The position numbers and the translations under genes were made by a program. Positions 8,922 to 18,695 of a DNA stretch of 32,124 nt are shown here, piece after piece. A model generated the notes under the pieces. It was not told the origin of the DNA. It did not search any database and saw nothing but the letters and a program-made list of their open reading frames with translations. Each line of letters starts with the position of its first letter. The first letter of the stretch is position 1. Origin of the DNA: Nanobdellati archaeon (GTDB lineage Archaea; EX4484-52; WAPT01); the NCBI GenBank assembly GCA_015520605.1, contig WAPT01000002.1:1-32124 (forward strand), written 5' to 3'.

Positions 8922-10103
8922 ATGCTCTGGATACACAAACATGCTCCAAAGACCCTTGAGGAGTTCGTGGGAAACAGAGAAGCTGTGGCGCGGATTCTCA
9001 ACTGGCTTTCCAACTGGAAGAACGAATCGAAGAAGGCCCTCCTCATCTACGGCCCACCGGGTGTGGGCAAGACAACGCTCATGGGTTTACTTGCAAAAAA
9101 ATTCAACCTCTTCCTAATAGAGACGAATGCTTCCGATCTCAGGGCGGGAGAGGTCATAAAGGACAAGTTCGAGAGCGCTCTGCAACAGTCATCACTCTTC
9201 TACAAAGGAAAGCTCATGGTTTTTGATGAGGTGGATGGAATAGCTGGTGCTGAGGACAAAGGCGCTGTTGCTGCTATCATCGAGATAATCAGGAAAACGA
9301 GATTCCCTATTGTTCTGATAGCGAACGATCCGTACGTGCCAGCATTACGTCCGCTGAGGAACCTGTGTGAGATGGTGGAATTCAAAAAAGTGGATGCGAG
9401 GAGCATAGCCAAAAGGCTTAAAGAGATACTGATGAGAGAGGGAATTCAGTTTGATGAGGAAGCGATCAACATGATCGCGAACAATGCCAACGGCGATTTG
9501 AAAGCTGCGATAAACGATTTGCAGCTGATAGCGGAAGGGAAGAGCAAAATAACCAGCGAGGATGTTAAAATCGCCGGTTACAGAGACACTGAAAGGAATA
9601 TATTCGAGGCGTTGCGCATAATTTTTAAGACTGAGAAAGCTGACGTTGCAAACTGGGCTGTTTCCAACCTTGAAAAGGATCCTGATGAGTTCATTTTGTG
9701 GGTGAGGGAAAACGTCCCGCTTGAGTATGAGAAGGCTGATGATCTGCTCAGAGCATACTATTTTATTTCAAGGGCGGACGTTTTCAGAGGGAGGATCGTA
9801 AGACAACAATACTGGAGATTCATAGTTTACATCATGCAGCTTCTCTCCGTGGGTGTAGCTACGGCCAAAGATCAAAAGTACAGAAAGTTCGTGAAGTACA
9901 GATATCCCGCCAAACTCAAGCGACTCAGTCAGAGTAAGGAGGAAAGGGAGCAGTTGCTCCAGCTGCTGGAGAAACTATCCAAGAAGCTGCACTGCTCCAG
10001 AAAGGTAGCAAGAACCTACATACCTCTGCTCAGGCTCATGAAACAGAAGGATAAAGAAGCATTCCGCAAGACGTTTGGTGATGTTGCTACATCGGTAGTA
10101 TAA
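8922..10103 (+). CDS. rfcL: Replication factor C large subunit
   Basis: 'W..K..PKTL', Walker A GPPGVGKTT, 'NASD', 'DEVDG', 'GDLKAAINDLQ', 'SRADVF.GR...QYWRF'. Confidence 0.93.
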   Translation: MLWIHKHAPKTLEEFVGNREAVARILNWLSNWKNESKKALLIYGPPGVGKTTLMGLLAKKFNLFLIETNASDLRAGEVIKDKFESALQQSSLFYKGKLMVFDEVDGIAGAEDKGAVAAIIEIIRKTRFPIVLIANDPYVPALRPLRNLCEMVEFKKVDARSIAKRLKEILMREGIQFDEEAINMIANNANGDLKAAINDLQLIAEGKSKITSEDVKIAGYRDTERNIFEALRIIFKTEKADVANWAVSNLEKDPDEFILWVRENVPLEYEKADDLLRAYYFISRADVFRGRIVRQQYWRFIVYIMQLLSVGVATAKDQKYRKFVKYRYPAKLKRLSQSKEEREQLLQLLEKLSKKLHCSRKVARTYIPLLRLMKQKDKEAFRKTFGDVATSVV

Positions 10104-10137
10104 ATCACGGGGATTTTTTTGCCCCCTCAGTTTGCCT

Positions 10138-10497
10138 TTATTTGAGTTTCAGTTCCTTTTCCAGGTAATAGTCTTCGGATGCTATAGTGAACTCCAAAAC
10201 TCGTGGAGTAAACCCATAACCGTAGAACCACTTGATCACGACACCCCGTTTGGAATACTCACGTGCCACTACGCTCATATACCAGGGAACATAAATATCC
10301 AGCTGTTCTCTTGTGCACGTGCTGTTTAGCAACTCTATGTCTCTCGTGATCTTGAAGTTTATCAGATAATACTCATTACCCATCACCTTGCTGAGGTCAA
10401 AGACGAGATTACCACCCAAGGAGGACAGCAAATGACCAAAACTGAGAAGAAGGACTATAACCGCAAGAAGATAAAACTGCCCTTTTCTTCGTTTCAT
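10138..10497 (-). CDS. Pilin-like protein with class III signal peptide
   Basis: MKRRKG|QFYLLAVIVLLL: basic residues, G|Q, hydrophobic helix; last gene of the pilus-like operon. Confidence 0.65.
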   Translation of the reverse strand: MKRRKGQFYLLAVIVLLLSFGHLLSSLGGNLVFDLSKVMGNEYYLINFKITRDIELLNSTCTREQLDIYVPWYMSVVAREYSKRGVVIKWFYGYGFTPRVLEFTIASEDYYLEKELKLK

Positions 10498-10538
10498 CCT
10501 TAGAGATTCTCTTCTAAGCCTAAACACGATTTTTCACC

Positions 10539-12281
10539 TCACCACACACGGATTTCAGCAGATCCAATCAGCTTTGTTTCGTTAATCCAAGCAATCGGAA
10601 TAACAAAACTGTACTGGTAGCCCCTGTCTGTAAGCATCTTATAGCTGTGTTTTCTCATTACCCACAACAATGCATCAGCGAAAAGTTCTTCCTCATCGGT
10701 TCCGTTGATCTGAGCAGTCATCCATCCGGATCTGTAGGTGTTGTTTATTTCCTGTAAGATCAGCACGGGTGCTGGGAACTGACCGTCTGCAACCCTGTCA
10801 TAAAGGGAGTGAACTATCAGCCTTGTGGAGTCGTTCTTAATCGGTATTATAGCATTGTATCCACGTTCTACGGGGGTTAAATCCCTGAACACATGTGTTC
10901 TGTTAAAGGTAAAATATATTGGTGATCCGCTGTACGGCTGGATTTTTCGCAGGGTGATGTTGTTTAGATAGTACTGTTCCCCGATGCTCACATTCAGCCA
11001 GAAAGTGTTGTTGGTTTCATTCACCCTGAGATAATCGTTTGGAGCGTCACACAAGTCAAGATCGTCGGGGTGTTTCGCGATATAGACTGTATCGTAAACA
11101 GGTGAGCTTTCATTCAATACTATGAAAGCGTGGGGTTCTCCGGAAACATTTAACCATCCATATCTTATCGGGCGGGTTGTGTTCCCGCTTACGATGCACG
11201 AGATATTAACTCCCGGAGCGGAGAGATTAAGGGGGCGTGTCAGAATCCCTATCCAGAGATGCTCAAAATATTCCGCAACTTCATAACCATCTATATATCT
11301 GGCGTTGGATAAGTTGCTCAGATAATAATTAAAGATGGATGGCGCTGCTGATCCCGGATAGGTATAACTACCATTCCATCGCACACCCACAAGGTCTCCC
11401 AGGAGGGTTGGGAAGCTCGCATTGACATCAGCAACCCATAGAATACCTCCTTCCTTTTCTGTAAATTCCCGCAGAGCCTCGACCTCCTCTGGACTGAAGC
11501 CGTTACTGCGGTTGAAAATTAACACCGCATCTAGATCTGGTGTCAGAAATTGGTAGGTTATGGGGTTAAAATAAACGTGTATGTCCTTCCCATTTAGATA
11601 AAACGATCCCGTACTGAGTTCCGGATATTTTCGGTGAAATGCAACATATCTATCAATTTTGAGAAAATCGAGGTTTATTATTCGTGATCCTGTCTCGACT
11701 TTCCTTAGAAACTTGTAGTAATGCCCTCCGTATTCGAATTGCATTTGAGGATAAATCATGAGGTCCGGCCGATTGGGATCACACAGACCACTCTCATTGA
11801 GAAGCGCAATGACACTTTCATTAACGAAGTATGCGGTATTCCCGTCAAGGTCAAACTCTATGCAATTTCCACTAATCGCGGTGCAGTTGGTTGTTTTCGA
11901 GCATGACACTTGGTTAAGGGTGTTCAAACTCACGCTGAATTTTCCCTCTGGTGGTAGAAGGAACCCTACATAAAGATATTTGCGGGGTATGCCATTGAGA
12001 TAAAATTTTATTTTGGATTCTCTCCCGCTTAGAATTCTGAGCAGCCTGCTTGATACGTCCTCGTCCAGGCTGTATAAGGCATTTTGAGCGTCTGACATTG
12101 TTGTGGCCATGAGCAATGTTGAGTATGTCATGTAATTCCTGGACTCCGTGCCCTTGATTTTAAGTGGAGCAGCAGAGAAGTAATTCATGTACATCAGCAA
12201 CATTAAACCCGCTATTACTGCCTCAAGTGTTTTCAAAAAACCCTTCCGTTTTTGATTCCCGAAGATCCGTTTTTTAACCAT
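10539..12281 (-). CDS. Large pilin-like or adhesin-like surface glycoprotein with class III signal peptide
   Basis: KRKG|FLKTLEAVIAGLMLL N-terminus and very many N-x-S/T sequons; lies in the ATPase/platform operon. Confidence 0.65.
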   Translation of the reverse strand: MVKKRIFGNQKRKGFLKTLEAVIAGLMLLMYMNYFSAAPLKIKGTESRNYMTYSTLLMATTMSDAQNALYSLDEDVSSRLLRILSGRESKIKFYLNGIPRKYLYVGFLLPPEGKFSVSLNTLNQVSCSKTTNCTAISGNCIEFDLDGNTAYFVNESVIALLNESGLCDPNRPDLMIYPQMQFEYGGHYYKFLRKVETGSRIINLDFLKIDRYVAFHRKYPELSTGSFYLNGKDIHVYFNPITYQFLTPDLDAVLIFNRSNGFSPEEVEALREFTEKEGGILWVADVNASFPTLLGDLVGVRWNGSYTYPGSAAPSIFNYYLSNLSNARYIDGYEVAEYFEHLWIGILTRPLNLSAPGVNISCIVSGNTTRPIRYGWLNVSGEPHAFIVLNESSPVYDTVYIAKHPDDLDLCDAPNDYLRVNETNNTFWLNVSIGEQYYLNNITLRKIQPYSGSPIYFTFNRTHVFRDLTPVERGYNAIIPIKNDSTRLIVHSLYDRVADGQFPAPVLILQEINNTYRSGWMTAQINGTDEEELFADALLWVMRKHSYKMLTDRGYQYSFVIPIAWINETKLIGSAEIRVW

Positions 12282-12301
12282 GCTTCGGTAATTCTGAACA
12301 T

Positions 12302-13036
12302 TTAATCCATACATATAAAGTCCACCCTGACTATTTGCCCATTATATGTCGCGAAAAAGCGGTAAGTTATCGCACTAACACGTCCCTCTTCTGTGGGTGA
12401 AGGGGGTAAAGCACCGCACTGTTTGAGAGGATCTTTTTTTCGAAGAAGAATATATCCACCTTTGTCCACATCCGGTACATTCTTTTTCTCAATGTATTCA
12501 TCCTCCACAACATATGTACTGCCGAATATGTCAATTGTGTCTCCTTTTTTTATCCAATCCCCAACACCAGAGATGTTGGCATAAACAACCCCGTTTTCTT
12601 CCCACATTACAACCGGATAAGTGGTGCCGTTGAAAGATATAGTACCCTCTTTTATTTTATCGTTTCCTGGTTGTGGCGAGAGGTAAGAACTCACAATGAA
12701 CAGATCCATACGAAGGTATGCCGTAATATTCTCCCCGTGTATGGATTTAAGGAAGTCCTCGTATTTATTCCAGTCCACGGTGTTGGGCGGGGGGGATAGA
12801 GGGCAACCCTTCACGAATGTGTTGTAGTAATTGGTGTTGATGCTCATATCGGGGTTTATGAGCTTTCCCATAAGAATTGCTGTAGCCCCTCCGCACTGCG
12901 TTTCACCTTTAAGTTCTCTCAGTGCAACGTTACTTCCTATAATTTTTCCGGCAGCGGTGTAGAAATAGAATGATAATGCTACTATAAAGATAGTGATACT
13001 TATCGCGAAATCCACGTTGGTCTGAGCTCTTTTCAT
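12302..13036 (-). CDS. Pilin-like protein with class III signal peptide
   Basis: MKRA|QTNVDFAISITIFIVAL with acidic +5 residue and hydrophobic helix. Confidence 0.7.
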   Translation of the reverse strand: MKRAQTNVDFAISITIFIVALSFYFYTAAGKIIGSNVALRELKGETQCGGATAILMGKLINPDMSINTNYYNTFVKGCPLSPPPNTVDWNKYEDFLKSIHGENITAYLRMDLFIVSSYLSPQPGNDKIKEGTISFNGTTYPVVMWEENGVVYANISGVGDWIKKGDTIDIFGSTYVVEDEYIEKKNVPDVDKGGYILLRKKDPLKQCGALPPSPTEEGRVSAITYRFFATYNGQIVRVDFICMD

Positions 13037-13041
13037 ATCCT

Positions 13042-14019
13042 TCAACCTCCAAGGAAGAGTGAGAGTGCTACGAGCGATATACTGAGCATTATAGCTATGT
13101 GTTTAAATCCCGCCTTTGCGTTGTTCTCCACCATGATACCTATAAGTACTCCCTGACACACACTCTGGATTATGGCCATAATCAAAAACATGCTCTTGAA
13201 ATAAAGGTCTGTACCATTAAATCCGAACATTTTACCGAATATACATATCGGGAGAGCAATATGATAATTGCAGTAATTTTCCATCTTGATGGATAAACCT
13301 CCGATTCCACCCACCTCAGTTGCCGTTATTGATGCGCTCTGGAATGTTGTCATGAACCTCTGCAGGAGGTACTTATCCATTCCAATGAGAAGTCCGAGGA
13401 AAATGAAAAACACAAGATATATAACAATTATCTGCTGGCTTAATGCGGCTCTCCTCTCCATTTCCATTTCACGCAGAGTAGTCATGCTGTCAGCGAGAGA
13501 GTCCATTGTGGTTGCGACGTCTCCCCCTGAGTTGAACGTCTCGATGATTATCGCTATGCACTGCCTCAGAATTCTGCTGCCCCTTATTCTCTGGCCCATC
13601 TTGTAAAGCACCTTTACGAATGGTACACCCCACGAAAGCTGTGCTGCAGCTCTCCTTATCTCTGCCGAAAGCGCACCGTAATCCACCTTGGCCGTCATTC
13701 TCAGCGCTGCGGGAAATGTCATCCCGCTCCTTATAGCTTCCGCAAAGTCTCTTAGAAAGAAGGGAAAATAATCCTCCATTTTTTTGTACTTGGCAAACTC
13801 CATGTACTCAACAACAAAGTAAGGCAAAATGCAGGTAAACATACCGAGCATTACGAAGAGAGGCATTAGCTTGGAGTTTATCTGGCTGAACGCAACACCC
13901 AGCAATATGATAATGAAAAAACCTAAGATAAAAAGATAACGGTATTCGTAAAGTGTTTTCTTCTCCTCCAGCTTGGGCTTCTTCCTGTCACCCGCCCTTT
14001 GAAAAATTATAGGACTCAT
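13042..14019 (-). CDS. Type II secretion/Tad platform membrane protein (T2SSF, TadC-like)
   Basis: 'FPFFLRDFAEAIRSGM', 'DYGALSAEI', 'QLSWGVPF', 'SGGDV'; multiple TM helices. Confidence 0.9.
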   Translation of the reverse strand: MSPIIFQRAGDRKKPKLEEKKTLYEYRYLFILGFFIIILLGVAFSQINSKLMPLFVMLGMFTCILPYFVVEYMEFAKYKKMEDYFPFFLRDFAEAIRSGMTFPAALRMTAKVDYGALSAEIRRAAAQLSWGVPFVKVLYKMGQRIRGSRILRQCIAIIIETFNSGGDVATTMDSLADSMTTLREMEMERRAALSQQIIVIYLVFFIFLGLLIGMDKYLLQRFMTTFQSASITATEVGGIGGLSIKMENYCNYHIALPICIFGKMFGFNGTDLYFKSMFLIMAIIQSVCQGVLIGIMVENNAKAGFKHIAIMLSISLVALSLFLGG

Positions 14020-14035
14020 GTCTTTCCCCCTTCAA

Positions 14036-14974
14036 TCACGCGGAAGCCGGCTGTATTCCCCTTATTAGTAGCACCGTTGCCATCGTCGCCACGGGTAGCA
14101 ATACGAATATGAGAGCGTAATGGATAAAGATAATTGTGCTCGCTCCAACACCCAGGATACCTATCACGCTTGTGAGGATCACAAAAAATACCACACCGAT
14201 TATTACAGCATTTATGTAGATCTCGAGAAACATCATGAGCTGGTTTGTGTAGGAAGCGAGCCTCCTTCTATATTCCTGCACGAATCCACGGGCTTTTTCA
14301 TAAAGGTATGCCCTCAGATCACCTCCAATGGTTATCGTGCTCTTTATCCCCCACAGGAGTTCGCGGAATGCCTCGGAGGGTGTCCTCTCAGCAACATCCT
14401 CCAGCACTCGGGTTATGGGCGCCCCTGTTATCTCCACAGCATCCACAATTCTTTTGGCCTCTCTCGCAACCTCCCCGTACTCCTTAAAACGGGAAAGCAT
14501 TTTGAATACGCTTACAAGCGGTGCTCCGGTTCCTACCATGGTGGCCATGTAAAGAGTCGCGAAGGGGAGCGTATCATCAATGTTTTTTCTCCTTTCTCCA
14601 ACGATTATTGTGGGGTACATGTAAAGGATGATAAATGTCAGGACGGAAAACACGATCCCCCCGAGCACCCCTCCAAACACACCAAAAAGCACACTTTTAA
14701 AAAGCAAGGTGAACAGAATGCTGAGAAACAGAGTTTGAAAAAAGAACATGAAGGTTGCGGCTCCTACAGCCAGCGAGAGATACTCGGTAAGTGTGAGGGG
14801 TATCATCGCTTTTCTAAGATCAACCTGTAAATCCCGAAAGAAATCCACAAAATATCTGTTAACGAAATCTCCGAACAACCTATATGCTATTCCTGCAAAA
14901 TATACCATGGTGGTATGTTTGTCCTCCTCCTGATGTGCTGGGCTTGTGCGCGAAGCCTTGTTAAAAATCGGCAT
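14036..14974 (-). CDS. Type II secretion/Tad platform membrane protein (T2SSF, TadB/C-like)
   Basis: 'DLRKA', 'IDDTLPFATLYM', 'EYGEVAREA', 'TPSEAFRELL', 'GGDL'. Confidence 0.9.
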   Translation of the reverse strand: MPIFNKASRTSPAHQEEDKHTTMVYFAGIAYRLFGDFVNRYFVDFFRDLQVDLRKAMIPLTLTEYLSLAVGAATFMFFFQTLFLSILFTLLFKSVLFGVFGGVLGGIVFSVLTFIILYMYPTIIVGERRKNIDDTLPFATLYMATMVGTGAPLVSVFKMLSRFKEYGEVAREAKRIVDAVEITGAPITRVLEDVAERTPSEAFRELLWGIKSTITIGGDLRAYLYEKARGFVQEYRRRLASYTNQLMMFLEIYINAVIIGVVFFVILTSVIGILGVGASTIIFIHYALIFVLLPVATMATVLLIRGIQPASA

Positions 14975-14976
14975 TA

Positions 14977-16989
14977 TTATTCACCGATCATTTCCATGAC
15001 ACGGGCAGGGTCTGAATAGTACTGCGCAAAAAGCCTTCCGAGATCCCGATAATTCTTTATGCCCTTTTCTTTGGCCCACTGAAGCAACTTCTCTCTGTTA
15101 CTCAGCTCAATTGCAAGCTCCTTCTCATTCATCCCCGCTATTTCCTTCATCTTTTCAAGAAGGTACGATTTGCTCGCAACCTCTATCTCATCATTGCGGG
15201 GGTTCCATGTAAACACTTCAACGCATCTGAGTTTCTTATTAACAGCATCATATCCCTTAACCTCGTAAATGTTGGTCACTCTTCTCACAAACTCTCCCTT
15301 GTACTTGAACCTCTTGACAAGAATGATCACGTCCAAGATCTCGAGAAGGGAAGGAGGTAAGTTGATCGGAGGGGTTGTAAGTCTGTCTATGAGTTTTTCC
15401 AAGGAGTCGGCATGAATCGTAGCCAGGCCGGCATGACCTGTTGCCATTCCCTGAAACAGCACATAGGCTTCTTCACCCCTCACCTCTCCGACTATGATGT
15501 AATCTGGCCTCTGCCTCAGCGCTGCCCTCACAAGATCAAACATGGTGACCTCTCCCATCTTGCCACCGGATACGCTCGTCCTTGCAACTTCGGGTACCCA
15601 GTGTTCGTGAGGCAGCCTTAATTCGGGCGTGTCTTCTATACTGACTATTTTTGCCTCCGGCTTTATGAATAGCGAGATGGAATTGAGAATTGTTGTTTTA
15701 CCAGATGCTGTCGGACCGGAAACGAGCATCGAACCGTTGTGCTCGACCACATACCACAGATAAGCAAGAGCTTTTGCATTGATGGTGCCGTATTCCATGA
15801 GGTGCACAGGGGTCAAAGGTTCCTTGCTGAACTTACGGATTGTAAAGTTTGATCCGCGCCTCGCGATATCAGTGCTGAGCACCGCCTGAACTCTCGAGCC
15901 ATCCGGAAGGCTACCGTCAAGCAAAGGTTCAGCAACGGAGATGCTTCTCCCACACCACTGAGCGAGTTTAATCACGAACTCGTCAAGCTCTTCGTTGCTT
16001 TCAAAAACGATATTGGTGCGGAGCGATCCGATTCGCGGATTTCTGTGATAGACGAAAACCGGAATACTCACACCATCACAGCTTATGTCCTCGATGTTCG
16101 GGTCATTCATCAGGGGCTGGATCTTGCCGAGCCCTATGAAATCCCGTAGGATGTAATACTCAAAGATATCCCTCTGTCTGGGAGTGAGGTTGAACCCGTA
16201 GGCAGTCACGATTTTATTCAGCATTCTTTTAAGGTAGTTGATGGCAGCTCCCTTCCCTATGAGATCGAGAGAGATGTCAATTTTGTCCTCCATGATTCTC
16301 TTTATCTCCTCGAGTTTCTGTCTCTCGGCAGGAGTTATTTCGGGTTCGTGTACTTCATAGATCAGGCCCTTCAGCTTTGGGTCCCAGTGAATGTGAGCCC
16401 ATGCATAAACCGGTTCGTTAGGCTTTGGATTGGGAGGAACGAGGGGATATTTGAGGTTTATTTCCTTTTTCGATTCCTCACTCGCTTCTTTTGTCAGATA
16501 GAACATTTCCTTCATGAATCCGAGCGTCTCTTCCGAGACCTCGGTTAGAGACTCAAATGCAGGAGCGCCCTCCACTTCAACCAACCCACCACCCTCTCCA
16601 CTGGTGTTGGTACTAACCTGTTGAGGTGAAGCAATGCCGGAAGCCGGAGGTGTGGTTGAAGCTGAAGGCATCCCGCCTTCAACATGAGCGGCAAAAATAG
16701 GGAGTATGTCGCTTTTTCTTTTCTTTTCTTCTCGAATCATCTCGTATTCTTTCAGTTTCCTCGCCATTCTGGAAAGTAAACCGCTGAATTTTAAAGTGCG
16801 AGTATAGTTATCACCACCGCGCGAATTCCGTGAAGCGATAGAACCGGTTGATTCTCCTCTTTTTTCGGAAGAAATCACTCCTGCGTTCGTTTTCAACCTG
16901 TTTGATGCTGCAGACCCCATCCTCTTCTGCATTTCTCCCATTTTTCGGAGTGCTGTTCTGAGACCCATTACCCCGGCACCTCTCTTCAT
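14977..16989 (-). CDS. Type II/IV secretion system assembly ATPase (FlaI/TadA-like); start uncertain
   Basis: 'IEDISCDG', 'LPDGSRV', 'FTIRKF', Walker A GPTASGKTT, 'SIEDTPE', 'LRQRPDYIIVGEVRG', 'ATGH', 'TIHA'. Confidence 0.95.
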   Translation of the reverse strand: MKRGAGVMGLRTALRKMGEMQKRMGSAASNRLKTNAGVISSEKRGESTGSIASRNSRGGDNYTRTLKFSGLLSRMARKLKEYEMIREEKKRKSDILPIFAAHVEGGMPSASTTPPASGIASPQQVSTNTSGEGGGLVEVEGAPAFESLTEVSEETLGFMKEMFYLTKEASEESKKEINLKYPLVPPNPKPNEPVYAWAHIHWDPKLKGLIYEVHEPEITPAERQKLEEIKRIMEDKIDISLDLIGKGAAINYLKRMLNKIVTAYGFNLTPRQRDIFEYYILRDFIGLGKIQPLMNDPNIEDISCDGVSIPVFVYHRNPRIGSLRTNIVFESNEELDEFVIKLAQWCGRSISVAEPLLDGSLPDGSRVQAVLSTDIARRGSNFTIRKFSKEPLTPVHLMEYGTINAKALAYLWYVVEHNGSMLVSGPTASGKTTILNSISLFIKPEAKIVSIEDTPELRLPHEHWVPEVARTSVSGGKMGEVTMFDLVRAALRQRPDYIIVGEVRGEEAYVLFQGMATGHAGLATIHADSLEKLIDRLTTPPINLPPSLLEILDVIILVKRFKYKGEFVRRVTNIYEVKGYDAVNKKLRCVEVFTWNPRNDEIEVASKSYLLEKMKEIAGMNEKELAIELSNREKLLQWAKEKGIKNYRDLGRLFAQYYSDPARVMEMIGE

Positions 16990-17050
16990 CTCAACATATT
17001 GATAACCGAAAGTACTGTTATAAATTTTGGGAAAAGGTAATATATTAATG

Positions 17051-17770
17051 TTAATGTTGTTTGGGTGTGTCTAACAATTCCACCAGAATAATAACCTCTT
17101 TAAGCTTCTCCTTCAACTCATCAAGATCATAACACCTCATCAACACCCTCAAATTGTAACATACAAGCCTACAAATAATCCTCACTTCAGCAACAACAAC
17201 CAAATAACAGTTAATCTCATCCCCGAAATCGTTACTCAGAGCTCCAAACATTCCTTCATGCACAGCTCTCAGCGTATAAATCCGTTCCGAATAATACCTA
17301 TCTCTAAGCTTAGCATAATATCCTGTGGCCCCATACTTTCTTGGCTTAACAATGGGAATATAGTTGTGCTTTCCAATGGCTTTTATAACATTCCTGTCAT
17401 CATACAATCTGTTAGCAAGCAAATAGCCATTTCCACGTTTTAAACTCCTGCACGCATCAAGCTTGCTGAAGCCAAAGCTGAACTCGATACACATGGGATA
17501 AGCTTTGCTTTCCTTGTAAGCAAATGTATCTCAACCAAATTTTTATCTCTCAAAGAAAATTTTGTTGCAATCCAGAGCTGAGTTATCATAGCTCAACTCT
17601 TGCAATCACTCTCTTAGCTTTTTCTTTCCTCTTCCAGCAATGCAGCACGGGATGATCTATTCTTTCGTTGCATACAAGCTTTGCATCCTCATGCTCAGCT
17701 ATTCTTAGAGCATGGTTTCTGAGTTCTTTAATCACTAGTATTTTGCGGTGCTTCTTTCGAATAAGTGTCC
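17051..17770 (-). pseudogene. Decayed IS5-like DDE transposase remnant
   Basis: C-terminal piece 'YLLANRLYD...IPIVKPRK...Y.LRAVHEGMFG...RLVCYNL' (17051-17494). An upstream frame reads 'RKKHRKILVIKE...ERIDHPVLHCWKR' and stops. Stops or frameshifts separate the pieces, and the expected catalytic Asp appears as Asn. Confidence 0.65.
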
Positions 17771-17787
17771 CTATTTTCGGGATCTTA

Positions 17788-17861
17788 TGGTGCGCCGGCC
17801 GGGAATCGAACCCGGGTCAGCGGCTTGGGGGGCCGCTATCATACCACTAGACCACCGGCGC
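17788..17861 (-). tRNA. tRNA-Gly(CCC), CCA encoded, C at position 33
   Basis: GCGCCGG acceptor with CCGGCGC-A-CCA, anticodon arm GCGGC-CCCCCAA-GCCGC, T arm CCGGG-TTCGATT-CCCGG. Confidence 0.93.
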
Positions 17862-17951
17862 TCATCGACATGGACATCATCATGTGTAAGCGCTTCTACT
17901 GTTCTCTGAAGCGGTTAGAATTTAAAAAGTTTCCCAGCTGCGTAATCTCGT

Positions 17952-18464
17952 ATGGACGTTTTAATACGCGAGCCGAAAATGGAAGATGCTGAAGCGCTCC
18001 ATTCTTACTTTAACGAGCTCGTGGAAGAGAAGACGTACATCATCTGTAACAGGAAGATCACGTTAGAGAAGGAGAAAAGGTGGCTCAAGGAGCAGCTCGA
18101 AAAGATGAGAGAAAACAGGCTTGTTTTTGTTGTTGCGGAGACTGATGGAAAAATTGTTGGCACGGCCAGGCTTGAGAGAAAGGAGTGAAGGGAAGATCAT
18201 CTTGCGGAGTTTGGCATAGCTGTGAGCAAAGACTATAGAGGCAAGGGTATTGGCAAGTTGCTGTTCCACGAATGTTACACCCGTGCGAAAGAGCTGTGGA
18301 AGGATGAGGTAAAATACATCATTCTATCGGTTTTCGAGAACAATCACATCGCAAGAAGGTTCTACGAAACGCTGGGTTTCAAGGAAGTTGCACGCGTTCC
18401 AAATTCCATTCAGTGGAACGATGGCACGCTGATAGCGCAGGTAATCATGATGAGGAAGTTTTGA
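17952..18464 (+). pseudogene. GNAT acetyltransferase interrupted by one in-frame TGA (18186-18188)
   Basis: The two ORF-track pieces share a frame: ...LERKE*REDHLAEFGIAVSKDYRGKGIG...N..ARRFYETLGF. Acetyl-CoA motif A is intact. Confidence 0.8.
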
Positions 18465-18695
18465 TGTTTCTACCTTTGCCAGCCTAACCATAACAACGCT
18501 ATACCTTCGGTAACGCTCCCCGCTCGTTTTTCATGGTGTTGTGAGTTTCTCCTTGTAGAAGCGATTTGTCCATATTCAAAAAACACGGACGAATATCTTA
18601 AAGCTGGTTCTCTGGAAGCTTTAGAGATTACCCATCTCTCTCGATACATCAACATAAGCTAACGGTTTTAAACTTTCGTTTAGCTTCCTATCACT

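Noticed and set aside
10138-16989. Archaellum operon
   Set aside because: No archaellin, FlaF/G or adjacent FlaH, and two separate platform genes rather than one FlaJ.
18186-18188. Genome-wide TGA recoding (Gly/Trp/Sec) or suppression by the adjacent tRNA-Gly
   Set aside because: aspS, cdc48, rps19e and pyrC end correctly at TGA, a CCC anticodon cannot read UGA, and no SECIS or Cys context is evident.
18470-18655. 61-aa minus-strand ORF
   Set aside because: No recognisable motif or clear start signal; cannot be supported.
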